Assembly (NCBI GenBank): GCA_020353195.1
Contig: CP070691.1
Coordinates: forward strand, 3,655,665-3,712,960
Origin: Phycisphaerales bacterium
GTDB taxonomy: Bacteria > Planctomycetota > Phycisphaerae > UBA1845
DNA length: 57,296 nt
Direction: 5' to 3'
The notes below the pieces were generated by a model. It worked only from the letters and a program-made list of their open reading frames with translations. It ran no database searches and was not told the origin of the DNA. Position numbers and translations under genes: made by a program. Position 1 is the first letter of the stretch; each line of letters begins with the position of its first letter. Below, one piece after another: positions 45,520 through 55,925 of the stretch.

Positions 45520-47094
45520 TCAGACGCAGACCGGCCGATGGTTGTCGTCTCGGACCTGATGTTCGCTGTAGACTTTGTGCTTGAGTCGGAGCAGGCCCAG
45601 CAACCCGGCGTCGGCGCGCCGCTCCACGCAGACCGGTGCGATCAAGGGATCGCAGCCGGTTGCCTCACGCACCAGATCGCAGAAGCGCTCATTGAACGCA
45701 CGAGCCGGGTCCGCCTGCCCCGCGGCAAACTGTAGCGCCTCGGCCACGTGCCGGCACGTGTCACGCCGGATGACGCTGCAGGCGAGGTCTGCGGTGTGGG
45801 CCTTGAACGGCCCGGTGATGTGGTTCAACGACAATCGTATGGGGTGCTCGACCTGCCCGGTCGCCGGATCGGGTCGACGGAACGTATAGGCGATCTCGCC
45901 GTCGATCAGGGCCCGGTTCAGGGTGGAGACGATGGGCGCGTCGATCGAACCGAGTTGGTGGACCAGGTCCCTCGTGGGGATCATGTCGGGGCCCAGCAGC
46001 ATGAAACGTTCCCAGCTCCGGTCGCCAGCCTGCGGGTCGTGCAGGAAGCGGGCCAACGCCGATCCCACGTCGTGGGCGTCGATCAGGCGGACGCCGATGC
46101 GGTTGCCCGGTTCCTCCTGCCAGGTAATCAGGATTTCCGCCGTCCGGAAGTCCAGCCACCGTCGGGCCGTGCACGCGATGACCAGAGTGCGGGGTGTTTC
46201 ACCAGAGGCGGTCCGGTTCCATCGCGGTCCGGGCAGCGGGGGCACCATGAGCTGCTCGATGTGCGTGAGGTCCACGGGCATGACATGATCGCACCAGGCT
46301 TCGGGATGGACGGTGGGATGGTATCCGAGTTGGCCGGCTTTGCGGAGGAAGTACACCTCTGCGTCGATCGTCGGCTGGTGGGGCACGTCGACGACGTGAA
46401 ACCACGGCGGTGTCATCCGTTCGAGGACCTCACGGGCGATCAGGCAGAACGACAGGCTCGTCGCGTCGCAGGCGAACAGCGTGTCCGGCAGTTCGCCCGG
46501 TTGGCGCCGGTGATAGCGGATCCTGGCGTCGTGCGGGTCGATCGGCGATCCTCGCAACGCGGGGACCGTGACGTCCATGACGTCGGTGGTCAGGTCGAAC
46601 GGCGCGTGGCGGGTCGCTCCCGCGCCTTCCCGACGGTGGCAGATCGGTGCCGGCCCGCAGACCAGCGGCTCGTTCGTTTCCAGCAGCAGATCCAGGCCTC
46701 GCTGGGGAGCCACGATGTCGGCGCCGACGAACGCGAGATGGGTTTTGGCGTTGTCGGCCAGGAACCGCTCGACCAGCAGGTTGCGGCAGTGCGCGTCGGT
46801 GTCGGCGCGCTGCCACCACATCTCGACCGAACCCGCCCGGCGTGTGTCGCGGATCATCGCCTGCATCGAACCGAGTGCCTGCTCGTGGATTTGGCCGTTC
46901 GAGGCGAAGGCCACCACCACGTGGGGGCCGGCGGCCAGGTCGGCGCTGGCGACGGTGTGGACGCCCGGCGAAGGTGTGGTCGTTCCTTCGGGCCGAGTCG
47001 CCTCCGGACGGGCTTTGGGCCGCAGGCGACCGGCGAAGGCGGTCGCTTTCCGCTGGCGGTTCTGCCGGCGGCGTTTTCTTCTCTTGTCTGACAT
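45520..47094 (-). CDS. Protein with two degenerate GT-A (glycosyltransferase-like) domains
   Basis: CRNLLVERFL..THLAFVGADI, FCLIAREVLERMTPPWF, EVYFLRKA..G; the second half repeats the pattern (FMLLGPDM, CSVIRRD). Confidence 0.65.
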   Translation of the reverse strand: MSDKRRKRRRQNRQRKATAFAGRLRPKARPEATRPEGTTTPSPGVHTVASADLAAGPHVVVAFASNGQIHEQALGSMQAMIRDTRRAGSVEMWWQRADTDAHCRNLLVERFLADNAKTHLAFVGADIVAPQRGLDLLLETNEPLVCGPAPICHRREGAGATRHAPFDLTTDVMDVTVPALRGSPIDPHDARIRYHRRQPGELPDTLFACDATSLSFCLIAREVLERMTPPWFHVVDVPHQPTIDAEVYFLRKAGQLGYHPTVHPEAWCDHVMPVDLTHIEQLMVPPLPGPRWNRTASGETPRTLVIACTARRWLDFRTAEILITWQEEPGNRIGVRLIDAHDVGSALARFLHDPQAGDRSWERFMLLGPDMIPTRDLVHQLGSIDAPIVSTLNRALIDGEIAYTFRRPDPATGQVEHPIRLSLNHITGPFKAHTADLACSVIRRDTCRHVAEALQFAAGQADPARAFNERFCDLVREATGCDPLIAPVCVERRADAGLLGLLRLKHKVYSEHQVRDDNHRPVCV

Positions 47095-47266
47095 GGTGAT
47101 GGCCCTCGCTTCGTTGCCGGAACATCCGTATCCTCTGCCTATCGGACGATCGCCGATCGGGGTGAAGGTCGGTCGCGAAAAGCCTTTCCGGGAACCCGGC
47201 GGGCCGCGGACGGCCGACGGATTCGAGTGGCAGAGTCAGGGGAGGTCGTCGTTCGGGGAGGTGTCC

Positions 47267-48637
47267 GTGGCGGACCTCGAATCGTCGACAGCGTTGGACA
47301 CGAGCGCTTCGCCCGCGCCGTCTGAAGGAAGGTGGCCGGCGTGGACAGCGATCTTCGCGTCCGGCATCGCCCCGCGGACGCTGGCGCGGCGGACGACCCA
47401 CGTCGGGCTGCGATCCGCGTACGCGGTGCACGTGGCGGGCATTTTGCTGGCGGTGGCGGCCGTCATCTTCGTTATCTTCCTTGAGAGACTGGCGAGCGCT
47501 CTAGACTCGGCCAATCTCAGCGAGATCTGTCTGCACATGGTGAGGGACATCCAAGAGGTGCTTCGCTATTTCCACGCCCGCCCGATCGTGTGGACCATCC
47601 GCATCTTACTGAGCTTCATGGGCATCGAGGCGATCTACCTGCTGGTGGCGCTGGTGGTCATGTCGTGGGGGGCCGGTGACGAGCCGTTCGCCGTCAGTGT
47701 CCGCAGCGCCGTGCAGCGGGTCTGGCTTCACACGCCGCACGTGGCGATCGTGATCCTGACTGCGGGGTCGGTGATCATTCTGGTTGAGCGTTCCCGCGTA
47801 TTCTGGCCCGGCATGTATGGACCCGCAATGGTTGTCCTGACGCTGTGCTCATCCGGCATGTGGTTGCTTTGGGCGCTGCTCGGGGTGGTCGGCGCGCCGC
47901 GGCCGAGCCTGCCGAGCGACCTGCCGCCGATGTGCGAATGGTGCGGATACAACCTGACGCACATCCCGACCGACGGGCGGTGCTCGGAATGCGGGCGGCC
48001 GGTGATTGAATCGCTGGGGGAGGGTGTTCGGCCCGGGGTCGCCTGGCAGCGGCGCGAAGTCATTCCTCCGTTGCGTGCGTGGTGGCGTTGCACGATCGAC
48101 GGGGCGCTTCGGGCCGCAGTGCTCGGGCGTACGGTGCGGGTCACGGGCACCGGCCGCGAACACCGCGTTTTCCTGGTAACGCACCTTGTGCTGGTCTTCC
48201 TGGCGGCGGCGTTCGGCTGCGCGTGCTCCATCATTGCGACCGATGGGGCTTCGGGCCCGGAATGGGAAATTCTCCTAGCGTTGCCTTCGCTCGTGGGATG
48301 CCTGGCCGTCGGTCTGGCCGTCGGCATTGCGGTATTGGCCGCCTCGGCCGTCGGCATCGCGTTTCAGATTATGGACAAGCGGAACCTGATGCGTGCGTCG
48401 ATGCAGGTGGCCGCGTATGGGGCGGGGTTCCTTGTTTTCTGGACTGTGGTTGCGTATGGCACGGTCGTGGGCCTGGTGATGATCGAAAACGTGCTGGACG
48501 ACCTCGCGTGGGCTTTGGGCTACCCCATTGATTCTCTGGCCATCGTTCTCTGGTGCGTGCCGAACCTGTTCTGTCTGGTGGCGTACTTCTCGCTGGTGGC
48601 GCGTGGCACGGCGGCCGCGCGCTATGCGAACCGGTAG
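47267..48637 (+). CDS. Multi-pass membrane protein with internal zinc ribbon
   Basis: TM bundles on both sides of CEWCGYNLTHIPTDGRCSECG. GGAGGT precedes GTG 47267; start uncertain. Confidence 0.75.
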   Translation: MADLESSTALDTSASPAPSEGRWPAWTAIFASGIAPRTLARRTTHVGLRSAYAVHVAGILLAVAAVIFVIFLERLASALDSANLSEICLHMVRDIQEVLRYFHARPIVWTIRILLSFMGIEAIYLLVALVVMSWGAGDEPFAVSVRSAVQRVWLHTPHVAIVILTAGSVIILVERSRVFWPGMYGPAMVVLTLCSSGMWLLWALLGVVGAPRPSLPSDLPPMCEWCGYNLTHIPTDGRCSECGRPVIESLGEGVRPGVAWQRREVIPPLRAWWRCTIDGALRAAVLGRTVRVTGTGREHRVFLVTHLVLVFLAAAFGCACSIIATDGASGPEWEILLALPSLVGCLAVGLAVGIAVLAASAVGIAFQIMDKRNLMRASMQVAAYGAGFLVFWTVVAYGTVVGLVMIENVLDDLAWALGYPIDSLAIVLWCVPNLFCLVAYFSLVARGTAAARYANR

Positions 48638-48725
48638 GAGCGGGCGGTTGCCGGGGCATGTTGTCCCGCGTGAGTGCAGCCGTTGCGCAAGAGCGGTGGC
48701 AGGCGTGCAGCCGTTGCGCGTTTGT

Positions 48726-49406
48726 TCACGGCACGAACTTGTATCCGATGCTATGGACGGTGAGGATGTGCTTGGGGTTCTTGGGGTCCGGCTCCAGCTT
48801 TCGGCGCAGTGACACGATGTGGTTGTCGACGGTACGGTTCGTGGGGTAGGCTTCCAGGCCCCAGATTTCGTCGAGCATCCTGTTGCGCTCGACGGGTTGC
48901 TCGGCGTTTTCCAGCAGCATCTTGAGGATCCGGATTTCGAAGTGGCCCAGCTTGTGGGTCTGTCCTGCGCGGACGGCCGTCCCTTTGACCAGGTCGACTT
49001 CCGCGTCGCCGACAGTCATGACTTTGGACACGCCGGGTAGGGTCCCGCTGTGGCGCAGGGCGACCTTGATGCGCGCCAGCAATTCGCGGACCCCGAACGG
49101 TTTGGTGATGTAATCATCCGCGCCGGCCTCCAGCCCGCGGACGATGTCGATCTCCTGGCTCTTGGCGGTCAGCATGAGGATGGGGACGCTGTAGCCCGCC
49201 TCGCGGAGCTTGCGGCAGACGGTGATCCCGTCGAGCCCGGGCATCATCACGTCGAGGAGAACCAGATCCGGTCGATCGCGGCCGACCGCTTCCAGGGTCT
49301 GCGGCCCGTCGGTGGCTTCGATGACCTCGTATCCTTCGAACTGCAGGTTGTCCCGCAGTCCCATGAGCATGGCCGGTTCGTCTTCGGCGACGAGGATTCT
49401 GGACAT
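48726..49406 (-). CDS. OmpR/PhoB-family response regulator
   Basis: ILVAEDE, LLDVMMP, LTAK, GADDYITKPF, RTVDNHI..LRRKLE, GYKF. Start overlaps the kinase stop. Confidence 0.96.
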   Translation of the reverse strand: MSRILVAEDEPAMLMGLRDNLQFEGYEVIEATDGPQTLEAVGRDRPDLVLLDVMMPGLDGITVCRKLREAGYSVPILMLTAKSQEIDIVRGLEAGADDYITKPFGVRELLARIKVALRHSGTLPGVSKVMTVGDAEVDLVKGTAVRAGQTHKLGHFEIRILKMLLENAEQPVERNRMLDEIWGLEAYPTNRTVDNHIVSLRRKLEPDPKNPKHILTVHSIGYKFVP

Positions 49407-51073
49407 CAGGATGATTCCTTCAGGTGTTTGGGGTTCGGATTCTGCGGTAAGAATATACGAAACTCGCTGCCTTTGACCAGGCGCGACTCGACGTCGATGT
49501 ACCCGCCGTGGGCGTCGACGATGCGCTTGCACAGCGCCAGCCCCAATCCGGCTCCGCGCCGCTTGCGGACGCGATCGTCGGTGGCCCGGAAGAACCCGTC
49601 GAACAGGTGCGCCCGGTCCTCCGGGCGGATTCCGATGCCCCGGTCGCGGACCGCGATCAGCACACCGTGGCGGCCCCGGCGGGTCTCCGGCGCCACGTCA
49701 ACGGCAAGGAACTTGTCGTCGGCGCTGTATTTCACGGCGTTGCTGATCAGGTTGAGCACGACCTGGCTGATGGCGTCCGCGTCGCCTTGGATCTCCGGCA
49801 GATCGTCGGCGACGATGCACCGATGCTCGAATGCGTGGTGATCCAGCTCATGGCGATAGGAGTCGTACGTCGAACGGACGACCTGCCCCACGTGCATGGG
49901 CTCCATGCGTGGCGGCTTGCGTAAGGCGTCGATGCGGGCGAAGTCCAGGATATTGTCGATCAGATGCGTCAGGCGCGTGCTCTCGCGGGTGATGATCTCG
50001 TGATACTCCGTGATCTTGTCCGGCGAGGTGACCCGCCCGGCGAGGAGCGTCTCCCCGAACATCCGGATCAGGGCGAGCGGCGTCTTGAGCTCGTGGGAGA
50101 CCTGGGCGATGAAGTTGCCTTTCATCCGCGACAGCGCGATCTCGTGCTGGGCGAGGCGGTTCATCGCGCGGATCGCCAGCAGCAAGGCCACCAATCCCAG
50201 CAGTGTTGCGCTACTGTAGAGGAGCGACTGCCACATCCCCGCGGCTTCCTGCTCCAGGATGAAGTCGATGGACGGCTGGACGGACCAGAACGGGAACATC
50301 GGCCCGAGCAATTCGGACCAGACGTCGCCGCGGCGGGGCCAGAGATTGATCTCGGGGCGGGCGTCGACGAGGGCAAGCTCTCCGCCGGCGGTGATCAAGG
50401 GCTCGACGAGGTCGCGGCGCAGGCGATCGAGATCCAGCACGACCGCCGCCACCACCACCGTGCCGTCCTTCCGGCGAACCGCACCGTAGGGGACGACCAC
50501 CGGCTTGCCCGCGATCACCTCGCGGAAGAAGCTGTAGGGCTCGGGCCGCAGATTCTCCTGGACGGCCTGGAGCAAGTCGTCCAGCCGGGGCTGCAGGAGT
50601 GATTGCAGCCGCTCAATGTCCGTTCGCGGCGCGGATTCCGTGTTCGGGCGCGGACAGGAATACCAGGTCTGCCCGTCCCAGACGAACGCGTCTCCCGGCC
50701 AGACGGGCTGGGCATCGAAGGGCTCATCGCCAGGCGTTTCACCGTCGGCGGGCGACCTCTCGGGCGGCTCCTGATCGGTGGGCTGATCAGCAGCTGGCGG
50801 ACCGCCCGGGGCGTCATCGGCCGTGATCGCCGTGCCGCACTGGAGGCCGACGTCGTCCAAGGCGGGCCCGATCGTCGCTGCCAGCTCCTGCTGAACGGTG
50901 GCGATCCGGCGATACGCCTCGGGACGCAGTTCGAGGATTCGTCCTTTCGCGAGCGATTTCGACTGGCGCACCGCGAGGATCAAGCACGACGCCGACAGCA
51001 GCACCGCCAACGTGACCACGCCTACCACGAGGTTTCGGGATGTTGCCGGACTGTCCGAACCTGAGCTGGCCAT
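49406..51073 (-). CDS. Sensor histidine kinase
   Basis: 2 TMs, VSHELKTPL, NLISNAVKYS, DRGIG, GAGLGL. Confidence 0.95.
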   Translation of the reverse strand: MASSGSDSPATSRNLVVGVVTLAVLLSASCLILAVRQSKSLAKGRILELRPEAYRRIATVQQELAATIGPALDDVGLQCGTAITADDAPGGPPAADQPTDQEPPERSPADGETPGDEPFDAQPVWPGDAFVWDGQTWYSCPRPNTESAPRTDIERLQSLLQPRLDDLLQAVQENLRPEPYSFFREVIAGKPVVVPYGAVRRKDGTVVVAAVVLDLDRLRRDLVEPLITAGGELALVDARPEINLWPRRGDVWSELLGPMFPFWSVQPSIDFILEQEAAGMWQSLLYSSATLLGLVALLLAIRAMNRLAQHEIALSRMKGNFIAQVSHELKTPLALIRMFGETLLAGRVTSPDKITEYHEIITRESTRLTHLIDNILDFARIDALRKPPRMEPMHVGQVVRSTYDSYRHELDHHAFEHRCIVADDLPEIQGDADAISQVVLNLISNAVKYSADDKFLAVDVAPETRRGRHGVLIAVRDRGIGIRPEDRAHLFDGFFRATDDRVRKRRGAGLGLALCKRIVDAHGGYIDVESRLVKGSEFRIFLPQNPNPKHLKESS

Positions 51074-51343
51074 CTCTGCGAACGCCTCGCGCCGGCGCGG
51101 GCGGAACCGTTCCCCGGATCAGGCGGCCATCCCACCCCGCCGAACGCCACGACTGGACCGGGGGCGCCCAATATGATACCACGCCGGCGGCCCGCAGGCG
51201 CGGGAGCGGGCTACGGATCGACCGCTATGACGGGGGCGGTTTGGCGCGAGAGGTGGAAATGGTACCATATTGGTGCTATATTTGGGCGTCAGCCGGGGTT
51301 GCCCGGCATCGCAAGCACCACCCGAACCGCGAGGCCAAGCCGG

Positions 51344-52423
51344 ATGAGCACGCCAACGAAAGACGCCATCATCGAGCAACTGCGGACCGTCGACGATCCG
51401 GAGCTCCACCAGGACATCGTCACACTGAACATGGTCAGGAACGTCACCACCGACGGCGGGAACGTGGTCGTCGAGGTCGAGTTGACCACGCCTGCCTGTC
51501 CGATGAAGGGCACGATCCGCCGTGATGTGGAAGCTGCGGTCGGGAGAGTGCCCGGCGTAACGAACGTGTCGGTGGAATTCAGCGCCCGGGTGCGTGGACA
51601 GGCAAAGACGGTCGTCCAGATGCCCGGTGTCAAGAATGTCATCGCCGTCGGTGCGGGCAAGGGCGGCGTGGGCAAGAGCACGGTGGCGGCGTTGCTGGCG
51701 GTCGGGCTGAAGCGCGAAGGGGCCCGCGTGGGTCTGTTGGACGCGGACGTCTACGGACCGTCGATCCCGACGCTCATGGGTGTGGAAGGGTCCAGGCTCG
51801 GCGTGCGCGACGACAAGATCATTCCGATCGAAGCCGTCGGCGTGAAGCTGATCAGCATCGGGTTCTTCATTGATCCGGAGCAGGCGGTGGTCTGGCGCGG
51901 GCCGATGGTCCACGGCGCGGTGCAGCAGTTTCTCGGCGACGTCGACTGGGGCGAGCTGGATTACCTGGTGGTCGACCTGCCGCCGGGGACCGGCGACGTG
52001 CCGCTGACCTTGTCGCAGTCGATCCCGATGACCGGCTCGGTCATCGTGTGTACGCCGCAGGATCTGGCTCTGTCCGACGCCCGGCGGGCGATCATGATGT
52101 ACGAGAAGCTCAACGTGCCTTGCCTGGGCATTGTCGAGAACATGAGCTATTACGTCTGCCCGAACTGCCGGCACCGGGACGCCATCTTCGATCACGGCGG
52201 GGCGAAGCGGGCGGCCGGTGAGCTGAACGTCCCGTTTCTGGGCGAGATTCCGCTGAACGCCGATCTGCGCGTCTTCGCCGACGAGGGGACGCCGCAGAAG
52301 TGCTTCAACACCGCTGACGACGAGCTTCGGGCGGCCGTCACCCACGTTGTCCGGGCGGTGGCGGGTCAGGTCAGTGTCCGCGCATCGATGGGGCAGGCCC
52401 AGCCGACGCTGTCGGTGGAGTGA
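51344..52423 (+). CDS. mrp: Mrp/NBP35 (ApbC) Fe-S cluster carrier ATPase
   Basis: DPELHQDIV, LTTPACP, GKGGVGKST, DADVYGPS, WRGPM, DLPPGTGD, ENMS..CPNC. Confidence 0.95.
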   Translation: MSTPTKDAIIEQLRTVDDPELHQDIVTLNMVRNVTTDGGNVVVEVELTTPACPMKGTIRRDVEAAVGRVPGVTNVSVEFSARVRGQAKTVVQMPGVKNVIAVGAGKGGVGKSTVAALLAVGLKREGARVGLLDADVYGPSIPTLMGVEGSRLGVRDDKIIPIEAVGVKLISIGFFIDPEQAVVWRGPMVHGAVQQFLGDVDWGELDYLVVDLPPGTGDVPLTLSQSIPMTGSVIVCTPQDLALSDARRAIMMYEKLNVPCLGIVENMSYYVCPNCRHRDAIFDHGGAKRAAGELNVPFLGEIPLNADLRVFADEGTPQKCFNTADDELRAAVTHVVRAVAGQVSVRASMGQAQPTLSVE

Positions 52424-52490
52424 TCACCTGGGAGTGCTTCTCACTTCGCGTGTCAGGCAGCGGCGGGCTTGGAAGTGAAAGGACGGATTT

Positions 52491-53483
52491 GTGGACCGGA
52501 TCCAACTTGTGCAAAGCGTGCTGGAAGGGCGCCGGCCGGATCGGCCTCCGCTGAGCTTCTGGTGTCACTTTCCTGCCGATCAGGTCTGGGGGCGAGCGGC
52601 CGTCGACGCGCACATGGCCCACCTGGAGGCGTGGGACCTCGATTTCCTCAAGGTGATGAACGACAACGGCTATCCGCACGACGGGCGGATTCGCGACGCC
52701 GCCGACCTGGCGTCGCTGACGGTGCTCGACGGCGACGAAGCGGGTTTCGCCCGGCAGCTCGATCTCCTGGCCGACCTCAAACGGGAGCTGGCCGGCCGGG
52801 TGCTGATGACGACCACGGTTTTCAACGCCTGGGCGACGCTGCGGCGGCTCGTCGGCCCGCCGAAGGTCAAGCACGGTCCGCCCGACCTCACGTCGGTCAA
52901 TGGGCCCAGCTCGACGATCAAGCGCTTCTTGGCCGACGACGCGCAGGCGGTGACGACGGCCCTTCGCACGATCGGCGCCAGCCTGGCCAACTTCGCCCGC
53001 CGGTGCGTCGAAGCCGGCGCGGACGGAGTGTTCCTGTCCGTTCGGGACGACTGGGTGGACTCGCCCGGCGCGGGGGAATCACTGTACCGGCGGCTGGTCC
53101 GGCCGACCGACCTGGACATCCTGGCCGGCGCCGCCGGCGGGCGATTCAACATGGTTCACGTGTGTGGCAAGGCGGTTGATTTCCGTGCGTTTGCCGAGTA
53201 CCCGGCGCACGTGATCAACTGGGCGGACCGCGCGGCGGGTCCGGCCATCCGCGACGTTTCCGGCTGGGCCAAACCGGCGCTGAGCGGCGGTGTGGACAAC
53301 CTGTCGACGCTGCCCGACGGCACGCCCGACGACGTTTGCCGGGAGGTGGCGGACGCCTTGGGTCAGGCCGGTGACCGCCCCCTTATCATCACGCCGGGTT
53401 GCACGTATGATCCCCAAGTCGTGCCCCGGGCGAATCTGGAGGCGCTGTGCCGCGCGGTGCGGACGGAGAAGAGTACTGACTGA
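52491..53483 (+). CDS. Uroporphyrinogen decarboxylase-like (URO-D/CIMS) protein
   Basis: PDRPPLSFW, EAGADGVF, HVCG, GGVD, TPGC. Confidence 0.8.
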   Translation: MDRIQLVQSVLEGRRPDRPPLSFWCHFPADQVWGRAAVDAHMAHLEAWDLDFLKVMNDNGYPHDGRIRDAADLASLTVLDGDEAGFARQLDLLADLKRELAGRVLMTTTVFNAWATLRRLVGPPKVKHGPPDLTSVNGPSSTIKRFLADDAQAVTTALRTIGASLANFARRCVEAGADGVFLSVRDDWVDSPGAGESLYRRLVRPTDLDILAGAAGGRFNMVHVCGKAVDFRAFAEYPAHVINWADRAAGPAIRDVSGWAKPALSGGVDNLSTLPDGTPDDVCREVADALGQAGDRPLIITPGCTYDPQVVPRANLEALCRAVRTEKSTD

Positions 53484-53514
53484 CCCGGGGCTCACCGATA
53501 AGGAAGCCGCCAGC

Positions 53515-53976
53515 GTGGAACAGACACTGATCATTCTGAAACCGGATTGCATTCAACGGCGGCTCATCGGGCGGCTCATCCAGCGGCTCGAGGACAAGGG
53601 CCTGATCATCGCCGCGATGAAGCTGATGCAGATGCCGCCGGCGTTGGCCGAACGTCTGTACGAGCCTCACCGGGGCAAACCGTTTCACGACCATCTGGTC
53701 GAGTACGTCACGTCCGGACCGGTGGTCGTGATGGTCGTGCGTGGGGCCCGGGCGATTGGCGTGTGCCGGAAGCTGATGGGCAAGACGTTCGGCTATGACG
53801 CGGAGGCCGGCACGATCCGCGGCGACTTCGGGCTGAGCACCACGTACAATCTGGTCCATGGCAGCGATTCGCCCGAGACGGCGGAGACCGAGATCGCGCT
53901 GTTCTTCGAGCGGGCGGATATCGTTGACTATGCAACCGCGGCCGATCCGTGGGTCTTGAAGGAAGGCGAAGTCTAG
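53515..53976 (+). CDS. ndk: Nucleoside diphosphate kinase
   Basis: EQTLIILKPD, GKPF, TSGPVV, GTIRGDFG, NLVHGSDS; GTG start. Confidence 0.97.
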   Translation: MEQTLIILKPDCIQRRLIGRLIQRLEDKGLIIAAMKLMQMPPALAERLYEPHRGKPFHDHLVEYVTSGPVVVMVVRGARAIGVCRKLMGKTFGYDAEAGTIRGDFGLSTTYNLVHGSDSPETAETEIALFFERADIVDYATAADPWVLKEGEV

Positions 53977-54094
53977 CCACGACGGTTCTCCTGTGGGGCC
54001 GGTTGGCCGGCCGGCCGGTGCCCCGCGGCGCAGGGGGCAACCGTTGACGAAACGTCGCGACGAATCCCGAGTAGGCCAACGGGGAGACCAGACC

Positions 54095-54448
54095 ATGAAA
54101 ATCCAGGACATCCAGTCGCACGAGCAGGCGCCGCTGACGATGGACGGCGCCACGAAGGCCAGGATACGGGTCCTGATCGGCCCGGACGAGAACGCGCCGA
54201 ACTTTTACATGCGCCACGTTGAGGTCGAACCCGGCGGATGCACGCCGCACCATGCCCACGATTACGAGCACGAGATCATCGTGCTCAAGGGTGGAGGTAC
54301 GGCCAAGGCGCCTGACAGTGATCGGCCGTTCAAAACCGGTGACGTGATCTACGTGCCGCCCGGCGAGACGCATCAGCTTGTCAACACATCCACCGCGCCG
54401 TGCGAGCTGATCTGCCTGATCCCCGCCCCGAGGGACTGCTCGCGGTAA
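54095..54448 (+). CDS. Cupin domain protein
   Basis: TPHHAHDYEHE...GDVIYVPPGETH; GGAG RBS. Confidence 0.9.
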   Translation: MKIQDIQSHEQAPLTMDGATKARIRVLIGPDENAPNFYMRHVEVEPGGCTPHHAHDYEHEIIVLKGGGTAKAPDSDRPFKTGDVIYVPPGETHQLVNTSTAPCELICLIPAPRDCSR

Positions 54449-54545
54449 GACGGGTACGTATCGGTGCGCCCGACCGGTCGCCGCGGGCGATGTCATGCCG
54501 CGCGCGTGGTTCGAACGACGGGGCGGCTGAAGCCGGCTCTGCAAC

Positions 54546-55925
54546 TCATCGATCCTGCAAACCGCGCTGCACGGCGGCGGTGTCCACCTGGCGCACGTTG
54601 CCGTTGTGGCCGGCGGCGGCGATGGCCGCGGCGCAGCCGGCGGCTTGGCCGGTGGCCAGACATGTAGGCATCGTGCGGATCGCGCCTTGGACGGCCCGAT
54701 CCGTGCTGATGCACCGGCCCGCGACCAGGACGTTGATCAGATTGCGGGGGATCAGGCAGCGGTACGGGATGCCGTGGGATTCGGCGGGTCCGTATTGACA
54801 GGTGCGATCGTTCGAGTCGCTCTGTTTGCCCGCATCGGCCTCCAGGTCCTGCCGGGAGGGGTGAATATCGATGTAGTAGCTGTTGCGGGCGATGTCGTCC
54901 GGGAAGGTCCGCCGGGCGAGGTAGTCGTCGAGTGTCAAGATGTAGTCACCGACGATGCGCCGCGTCTCCCGAACGCCGATCTGCACGCCGCTGGTGACCA
55001 GGTAGGCGCTTTCGCAGCCCGGGCAGTACTTCCGGACGAAGTCCGTCAGGTGGCGGATGAGTCGGCGCCCTTCGATCTGGGCCCTGGTGAGCTGCTCGGC
55101 ATCCGTGCCGTCGACGTCGAACACGTGGCTGAAGTTCAGACCGATCGTGCTGGGTGACTGGTACGCGACGTTGGCTGCCTGCTCGACAACGTTGAGGTCG
55201 CCGGCTGTCTTGGCTTCGGCGATCACCTCTCTGAGCAGCAGGTTCCTGCCGTCGTGGGCCCATAGAAACTCCTGGAACGTCCGGTTGTCGATGCCGGCCA
55301 GCACGAAGCACATCGTGCATGGCTGGAGTTCGCCGGTGACCGGATCGCCCTTCTCGAACGGCGCGCCGGCGGCGGCGGCGACGTCCGCGTCGCCCGTGCA
55401 GTCCACGATGACCCGGGCGGTCACGCGCTGGATGCCCGATTTGTTGTGGATCACGATCGAGGAAACGGTGCCGCGCTGCCCACCGACGGCGTCGATGAAT
55501 CGCGTGAGGAACAGAATCCGCGCCCCTGCCGACAGTACTCGCTGTTCGTAGATGACCTTGAGCCGTTCGGTATCGATAGGCACCCAGTCGTACGCGTCGG
55601 GGTCGATGTGGGGCATCGAGGATTTCATCTCTTCGAGAATCTCCAGGCCGACGCCCCGAACGAGAGGTTTCTGGCCGTCCGTGAACGGGCAGAACGCCGG
55701 GACCAGCCCGGCCGTACCCATCCCGCCCAGGAATCCGAACTGCTCGACGAGCAGGGTGTCGGCCCCTTCGCGGGCGGCGGCGATCGCGGCGGCGGCCCCG
55801 GCCGGGCCCCCGCCGACGACGAGGACGTCCGCGTCGCGGGCGGGCGTCAGGCTCGCCCAGGCCCGGTGCAGCTTCGCGGCGGTGTTCCCTTGGCCGTCGG
55901 ATTGCCTGTCGCCTTGTGTCGTCAC
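54546..55925 (-). CDS. FAD-dependent oxidoreductase (FAD_oxidored family)
   Basis: VVGGGPAG, LGGMGT, DCTGDAD, GVRETRR, IPYRCL, AGRCIS, TGQAAG. Start overlaps the upstream stop. Confidence 0.92.
   Translation of the reverse strand: MTTQGDRQSDGQGNTAAKLHRAWASLTPARDADVLVVGGGPAGAAAAIAAAREGADTLLVEQFGFLGGMGTAGLVPAFCPFTDGQKPLVRGVGLEILEEMKSSMPHIDPDAYDWVPIDTERLKVIYEQRVLSAGARILFLTRFIDAVGGQRGTVSSIVIHNKSGIQRVTARVIVDCTGDADVAAAAGAPFEKGDPVTGELQPCTMCFVLAGIDNRTFQEFLWAHDGRNLLLREVIAEAKTAGDLNVVEQAANVAYQSPSTIGLNFSHVFDVDGTDAEQLTRAQIEGRRLIRHLTDFVRKYCPGCESAYLVTSGVQIGVRETRRIVGDYILTLDDYLARRTFPDDIARNSYYIDIHPSRQDLEADAGKQSDSNDRTCQYGPAESHGIPYRCLIPRNLINVLVAGRCISTDRAVQGAIRTMPTCLATGQAAGCAAAIAAAGHNGNVRQVDTAAVQRGLQDR

Noticed and set aside
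46568-47266. N-terminal extensions given by the ORF track (also 1414-2655, 22240-23439, 38925-, 40162-41661, 53290-)
   Set aside because: They overlap neighbouring genes or intergenic DNA; downstream starts with an RBS or domain boundary fit better.
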